A stretch of DNA of 64,000 bases, from assembly GCA_910585045.1 (NCBI GenBank), contig CAJUCD010000002.1:73829-137828 (forward strand), read 5' to 3'. The notes below the pieces were generated by a model. It worked only from the letters and a program-made list of their open reading frames with translations. It made no database searches and was not told the origin of the DNA. Of the stretch, positions 59,364-64,000 are shown piece after piece; position 1 is the stretch's first letter, and every line of letters begins with the position of its first letter. Both the position numbers and the translations under genes were made by a program. This DNA comes from an uncultured Bacilli bacterium. Its GTDB lineage: Bacteria > Bacillota_I > Bacilli_A > RF39 > UBA660.

Positions 59364-59604
59364 ATCGCCAACTTTAAATTTACATGGAGAAACTAGAGAT
59401 ACTATAACTTTTCTTATAAATGATTTTATAAATGATAATGTTAAATTAAAAAATGAATATGTAGGAATAATTCATGGGAGAAGTTCTAATATTTTACGTG
59501 ATAAGGCTCATGAAATTTTGAAATTAAATAAAAATGTGGATTCGTTTAAGGTTGATATTTTTAATCCTGGAATGACAATAGTTAAAATAAAATTTAGAAA
59601 GTAA
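59350..59604 (+). CDS. Small Smr-domain protein.
   Basis: LNLHGETRDT...IIHGRS is the Smr pattern. Overlaps the kinase gene by 14 nt. Confidence 0.6.
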   Translation: MFHSKSPTLNLHGETRDTITFLINDFINDNVKLKNEYVGIIHGRSSNILRDKAHEILKLNKNVDSFKVDIFNPGMTIVKIKFRK

Positions 59605-59620
59605 TAGACTTTCTTTTTTT
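59596..59620 (+). terminator. Rho-independent terminator.
   Basis: AGAAAGT-AATAG-ACTTTCT followed by T6, overlapping the stop codon. Confidence 0.65.
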
Positions 59621-59670
59621 CTTGTTTTATTAGAATGTTTTAAGTATAATTATAGGTAGGAGATTTAATA

Positions 59671-60399
59671 ATGATAGATATATTTAAAAAAAAGAAAGTT
59701 ATAATTTTTGATTTGGATGGAACATTAATTGATTCAATAAATATATGGAATGAAGTAGATGAGAAAGCTGTTATGACATTGTCTGATAATAAAATTCATC
59801 CTAAAAATATTGGCGAGTTTAGAGATGAAGTGTTAGCAAATTGTAGTTCTAGCGATATTTATTTAGAATATTGTGAAGCTTTAAAAAATAAATATAATTT
59901 AGAGCAAACTCCTAAAGAAATTTTAGATTTTCGTTGGGATTTATCTGATTACTATGTAAAAAATAAAATTGATTATAATGAAAATGCAGATAAAGTTCTT
60001 AAATACTTAAAGGAAAAAGGATATGTGTTAGCACTAGCAACAACTACTACAAATATTCAGCTAAATGCTTATTTAAATTATAATCAAAATATAATTCAAA
60101 AAGCTAAACTTGATGATATTTTTTCAATTATTTTGTCTAAAGATTATGTTTTAAATAAAAAGCCAAATCCTGAGGTTCATTTGAAAATTATGGATATATT
60201 AAAGGTAAGTTGTGAAGATTGTTTAATAATAGAAGATTCTTTAGTGGGAGTAGAAGCAGCTTGTAATGCGGGGATTGATGTTATAACGGTGTACGAAAAA
60301 AACTCTCTTAAAGATAAAGAGAAGATTGATAAAATCTCTAAAAAAATGTTTTATAATTTTGATGAGTTATTGGATTATATTAAAATGGAGATAGATTAA
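59671..60399 (+). CDS. HAD-IA family hydrolase (beta-phosphoglucomutase-like phosphatase).
   Basis: VIIFDLDGTLIDS in motif I and IEDSLVGVEAA in motif III/IV. Confidence 0.7.
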   Translation: MIDIFKKKKVIIFDLDGTLIDSINIWNEVDEKAVMTLSDNKIHPKNIGEFRDEVLANCSSSDIYLEYCEALKNKYNLEQTPKEILDFRWDLSDYYVKNKIDYNENADKVLKYLKEKGYVLALATTTTNIQLNAYLNYNQNIIQKAKLDDIFSIILSKDYVLNKKPNPEVHLKIMDILKVSCEDCLIIEDSLVGVEAACNAGIDVITVYEKNSLKDKEKIDKISKKMFYNFDELLDYIKMEID

Positions 60400-60456
60400 T
60401 ATTTAATGTTCAAATGATTTTTTTAATAATTGTTTTATAAGATATAGGAGTAAGAT

Positions 60457-61488
60457 ATGACAAGATATATAGATAGATTAAGTGATTTTAGGAAAGATTA
60501 TTATCATATTTTATCTAAAGAGTTTCCAGAGTTTTTAGATGATTATATTAATACAAAAGAAATGCTTAGATTAGAAGGTGTTAATCAGATTTGTGGTTCT
60601 TATTGGCGCAAGAAAAATATATTTAATAATAAATATTCTGTGTTAGATCATAGTATAGCAGTGGCTCTTATAATTTGGAATTTTACCCATGATAAGATAC
60701 AAACTCTTGCAGGTTTATTTCATGATATATCAAGTCCAGCTTTTAAGCATTGTTTAGATTTTATGAATGGCGATGCTGAAACTCAAGAAACACTTGAAGA
60801 TGACACTATTGATGTAATTCGAAATTCTAAAGAAATAATGAGTTTATTAAATAGAGATGGCATTACTTTAGAAGAAGTAGTAAATTATAAAATATATCCT
60901 ATAGCGGATAATGAAACTCCCAAGCTTTCGGCAGATAGATTAGAATATACTTTTATGAATGGAATTTATTTAAAAGAAGTACGGAATTTAGATATAATAG
61001 CTAGAATTTATAATGATATTGATGTTTTTAAAGATGAAAAAGGTATGCTAGAATTAGGGTTTAAAACTATTTCAATAGCTGAGCAATTTGTTTTTGGTGC
61101 TAAAGAATTATGGCCAATCTGGATCGGCTCTGAAGATATTGTAACTATCTATTTTTTTGGCGATATGTTAAAAAGACTTTTTCAAGATAATATTATAGAG
61201 CTAAATGATTTGTATAAATTATCGGAACAGGAAATTATGCGATTGTTTGCTACTAGTAAAAATAAAAAGGTAGCAGAAGATTATACTAATTTGATGACTA
61301 AAGCGGTGTTTAGGGATAGTGATATTTTTGTTTTAGACAAGTTCTGCGTTAGTAAAAAAACGAAAAAAAGATATATAAATCCTTTAACTAAAAAGGGAAG
61401 ATTAAAAGATGTTTCTAATAAGGCAAAGAAATATATTACAGAATTTTTAGATAATAAAGTTAGTTCATATGCTTATTTAGATATATAA
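60457..61488 (+). CDS. HD-domain phosphohydrolase.
   Basis: LDHSIAVALII...GLFHDISSP is the H...HD motif. Confidence 0.6.
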   Translation: MTRYIDRLSDFRKDYYHILSKEFPEFLDDYINTKEMLRLEGVNQICGSYWRKKNIFNNKYSVLDHSIAVALIIWNFTHDKIQTLAGLFHDISSPAFKHCLDFMNGDAETQETLEDDTIDVIRNSKEIMSLLNRDGITLEEVVNYKIYPIADNETPKLSADRLEYTFMNGIYLKEVRNLDIIARIYNDIDVFKDEKGMLELGFKTISIAEQFVFGAKELWPIWIGSEDIVTIYFFGDMLKRLFQDNIIELNDLYKLSEQEIMRLFATSKNKKVAEDYTNLMTKAVFRDSDIFVLDKFCVSKKTKKRYINPLTKKGRLKDVSNKAKKYITEFLDNKVSSYAYLDI

Positions 61489-61619
61489 TAATTTACTAAG
61501 CATAAAATATTTAAAAAAGCTATATTATTTTATCTTTTTCGCTCTATTTTGACAACTATTTGACAAAATATTTAAAATGTGCTATAATGTATTCGTAATT
61601 CAAATAGGGGGTTAGAATT

Positions 61620-62039
61620 ATGAAAGGGTATGTTTTAGATTATATTAATGAAAATGAATTTAAAAAGCTAGAAAGAGCATTAAAGAAATATAATATGTTA
61701 GCTTTTAAGAAACTTAATTTTGATTATTATCCAGCACTTAGAAATGGTAAATTTGTAGGTAAGTTAGTTAGTACTAATAAAAAAGAAGGTACTGAAAAGT
61801 ATGAACTTAAACTTCCTAGTGATAAAATGTTTAGTGCAGTTCATGGAGAAGTTAAATTATTTTATACTGTTTATGTAAAAGAAGGAACAGTAATGTTAGA
61901 AACAATTACACCTACTGAAATATTATTAGAAGGTCATATGAGTGAGCTTACTACTTATAAAGGAATAATGATTTCAAAAGCTAATGCTTCAAAAGATAAA
62001 TTTAAAATTGATTTATTAAATATGTTACAAGATAAGTAA
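61620..62039 (+). CDS. Hypothetical protein.
   Basis: AGGGGG RBS. 139 aa. Confidence 0.4.
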   Translation: MKGYVLDYINENEFKKLERALKKYNMLAFKKLNFDYYPALRNGKFVGKLVSTNKKEGTEKYELKLPSDKMFSAVHGEVKLFYTVYVKEGTVMLETITPTEILLEGHMSELTTYKGIMISKANASKDKFKIDLLNMLQDK

Positions 62040-62106
62040 CATATTTTTTTCTTGCTTTCAAATGGTAATTATTATATAATATTATGCGTAATTATTTGAG
62101 GAATTT

Positions 62107-62934
62107 ATGTATAGACGTTATAGATTTAATTTAGAGGAAAAACTAGATACTCATGTTATGCTTGGAGTTAATGCTCAAATTCTATTGGAAGACTTTCAAA
62201 GAACTTTTGAAGGTATTAAAAAAGTTTTGAGCTTTTTTGGTTTTATTAATTGTTTTGTTGATTTGGTAGAAAATAATAATGGAGTATTAATATTTAATGT
62301 AAAGGATAGAAATAAACAAGCAGTTTTTTGGATAGATAGAGATAAAGTAATCTTAAAAATTGGAAATTATATTTATACTTTTGAAGTAAATATTAATTAT
62401 CGAAATAATTTAATTGAATATGATTATGAAATTATATTTACTAGTATGGAAAAAATAGATACTAATAGAAGGTTAAAGCAAAATATAGAAGGCCGTAGGA
62501 CTAAAATTACAATATTTGATAATGAAAGAACGCTTCAAATAGAAATGTTAGGTGATTTTGAGTATTTTTTTGATTTTAGTTTGTTTAATGGTTTGAAAAG
62601 TTCAACTAGTATAGATGATTTATTAAAGTTTTATAAAAAAGTTTTAAGAATATTTCAGTTTGATTTTGACCAAAGAGATTTAATAGTATTAACAATAAGT
62701 GAAAAAATTAATGGGAATGATGTTGTTCTTGATAAATACATATTGAATTATGGTTTATTAATAGAGTATTTACTTAGTGAAAGACGGGGTAATACTGTAA
62801 TTAGTGTTTCTAGTACTAGTGCTAATGAGAGAATGATTGTAAATTATGATTCAACAGTTAGTTTAGATGCTTTAGCTCAAGATTTAGATGTTCGTAAAAG
62901 AATTTTAGATGATAAATTAAATAATCAAAATTAA
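62107..62934 (+). CDS. Hypothetical protein.
   Basis: GAGGAA RBS. 275 aa. Confidence 0.4.
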   Translation: MYRRYRFNLEEKLDTHVMLGVNAQILLEDFQRTFEGIKKVLSFFGFINCFVDLVENNNGVLIFNVKDRNKQAVFWIDRDKVILKIGNYIYTFEVNINYRNNLIEYDYEIIFTSMEKIDTNRRLKQNIEGRRTKITIFDNERTLQIEMLGDFEYFFDFSLFNGLKSSTSIDDLLKFYKKVLRIFQFDFDQRDLIVLTISEKINGNDVVLDKYILNYGLLIEYLLSERRGNTVISVSSTSANERMIVNYDSTVSLDALAQDLDVRKRILDDKLNNQN

Positions 62935-62995
62935 ACCTTTTATTTGCTATTTCAATATAAGGGATATTATGTTAAAATTAATTTGGTGATTGCAC

Positions 62996-63748
62996 ATGCT
63001 TAAGATTGATAATTTAACTGTTAGAGCACAAGAAAAGGAAATATTAAAAGATTTAGATTTATTTATAGATGATGGTGAAATACATGTACTTATGGGGCCA
63101 AATGGAACTGGTAAAAGTACAATATGCAAAGCTTTATTAAATCATCCTGATTATGAAATTGTTAAGGGGACAATAACATTTAATGATGAAGTTTTAAATA
63201 ATAAATCTACTACAGAAATAAGTAGAAAAGGAATTTTTTTATTAAGCCAAAATCCAATTGAAGTGGAAGGGATTAGTAATTCCGAAATGCTTAGAAATGC
63301 TATTAGTGAGAAAACTAATGAAAGAGTAGACATTTTTAAGTTTAATAAAAAGTTAAATACAGTATGTGATATTATTAGTATGCCAAAAGAGTTTGTACAT
63401 AGAGATATTAATTTTAATATGAGCGGTGGCGAAAAGAAAAAAAATGAACTTTTGCATTTGTTTATGCTTGAACCTAAATTTATTATATTAGATGAAATAG
63501 ATAGTGGCTTAGATGTTGATGCCCTGAAGGTTGTAGGTTCTTCATTAAAAAAGTATTATGATATGTATAATCCTGCCATATTAATTGTGACACATCATGC
63601 TGATATATTAAAATATTTTGATGATTATAAAGTTCATGTGTTAGGTAATGGAAAAATAGTTCAAAGTGGTGATAAAACATTAGCTAAAAGTATAGAAATT
63701 GATGGTTTCAAGGCGAATGTTATTGGTGGTAGTGAGATAAATGAATAA
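62996..63748 (+). CDS. sufC: Fe-S cluster assembly ATPase SufC.
   Basis: LKIDNLTV N-terminus and Walker A GPNGTGKST. GGTGA RBS 6 nt before the ATG at 62996. Confidence 0.9.
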   Translation: MLKIDNLTVRAQEKEILKDLDLFIDDGEIHVLMGPNGTGKSTICKALLNHPDYEIVKGTITFNDEVLNNKSTTEISRKGIFLLSQNPIEVEGISNSEMLRNAISEKTNERVDIFKFNKKLNTVCDIISMPKEFVHRDINFNMSGGEKKKNELLHLFMLEPKFIILDEIDSGLDVDALKVVGSSLKKYYDMYNPAILIVTHHADILKYFDDYKVHVLGNGKIVQSGDKTLAKSIEIDGFKANVIGGSEINE

Positions 63749-64000
63749 AATATTATTGGTAGAGGATATTAATAAAATAGAAAATGGAAAATATTTAATA
63801 GAGTACACTAAAAATTCAGCAATAAATGTTTTAGGCACTACCAATTTAAGTGATTATGCTATAAATAGTTGTGATTTAGAGTTTACCTTAAGTGATGGTG
63901 CTAATCTTACTTTAGATAAACTTAACTTTGTAACAAAAGATGTTTCTTTAATAATTAATATTAATAATGATGGTTTAGTTAATCTTAATTGGGTTATTAT
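63741..64000 (+). CDS. Fe-S cluster assembly protein SufD/SufB family, N-terminal part only (truncated by the window end).
   Basis: It follows sufC with a 4-nt overlap, which is the typical sufCD arrangement. Confidence 0.55.
   Translation, partial: MNKILLVEDINKIENGKYLIEYTKNSAINVLGTTNLSDYAINSCDLEFTLSDGANLTLDKLNFVTKDVSLIININNDGLVNLNWVI

Overview
This is a 64-kb window from a very AT-rich (roughly 28-30% GC) Gram-positive, Bacillota-type chromosome. Nearly all genes are on the + strand. Gene order is Bacillus-like: ruvX-yrzB-mltG-yrrM/N/O-greA; rpsP-ylqC; rplS...rbgA-rnhB; ruvA/ruvB; hrcA-grpE-dnaK-dnaJ with a CIRCE operator. A clear CotE homolog implies an endospore-forming lineage. Housekeeping content includes ruvX, mltG, the trmR plus U32 pair for tRNA mo5U, greA, rplS, lepB, rbgA, rnhB, an LtaS-like protein, topA, the hrcA/grpE/dnaK/pepF/dnaJ cluster, a MiaB-like methylthiotransferase, recD2, a HIT protein, cotE, rpsP, cdsA, rseP, tRNA-Arg(CCG), ruvAB, folD, glyA, tmk, queA, a short AlaRS, a PfkB kinase, sufC and the start of sufD/B. 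Three accessory patches stand out. (1) A small island at about 8.3-11.3 kb holds a KilA-N protein and a 400-bp stretch of decayed gene remnants. (2) A family of paralogous secreted proteins ends in a conserved C-terminal motif ending in NPY. Two full copies plus one truncated remnant are present, and two of the three sit divergently next to paralogous tandem-HTH XRE regulators. (3) The most interesting region is at 22.5-28.4 kb, just upstream of hrcA. It carries a transmembrane protein with a cytoplasmic zinc-ribbon/TPR/TIR domain and extracellular SH3b domains, which is a Toll-like-receptor-like topology. Directly downstream are an SPFH/zinc-ribbon protein and a BspA-type LRR membrane protein. 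This apparent operon is driven by a near-consensus promoter whose spacer contains a G10 homopolymer tract, making it a candidate phase-variable switch. There are no rRNA genes, no CRISPR arrays and no recognisable transposases in the window.
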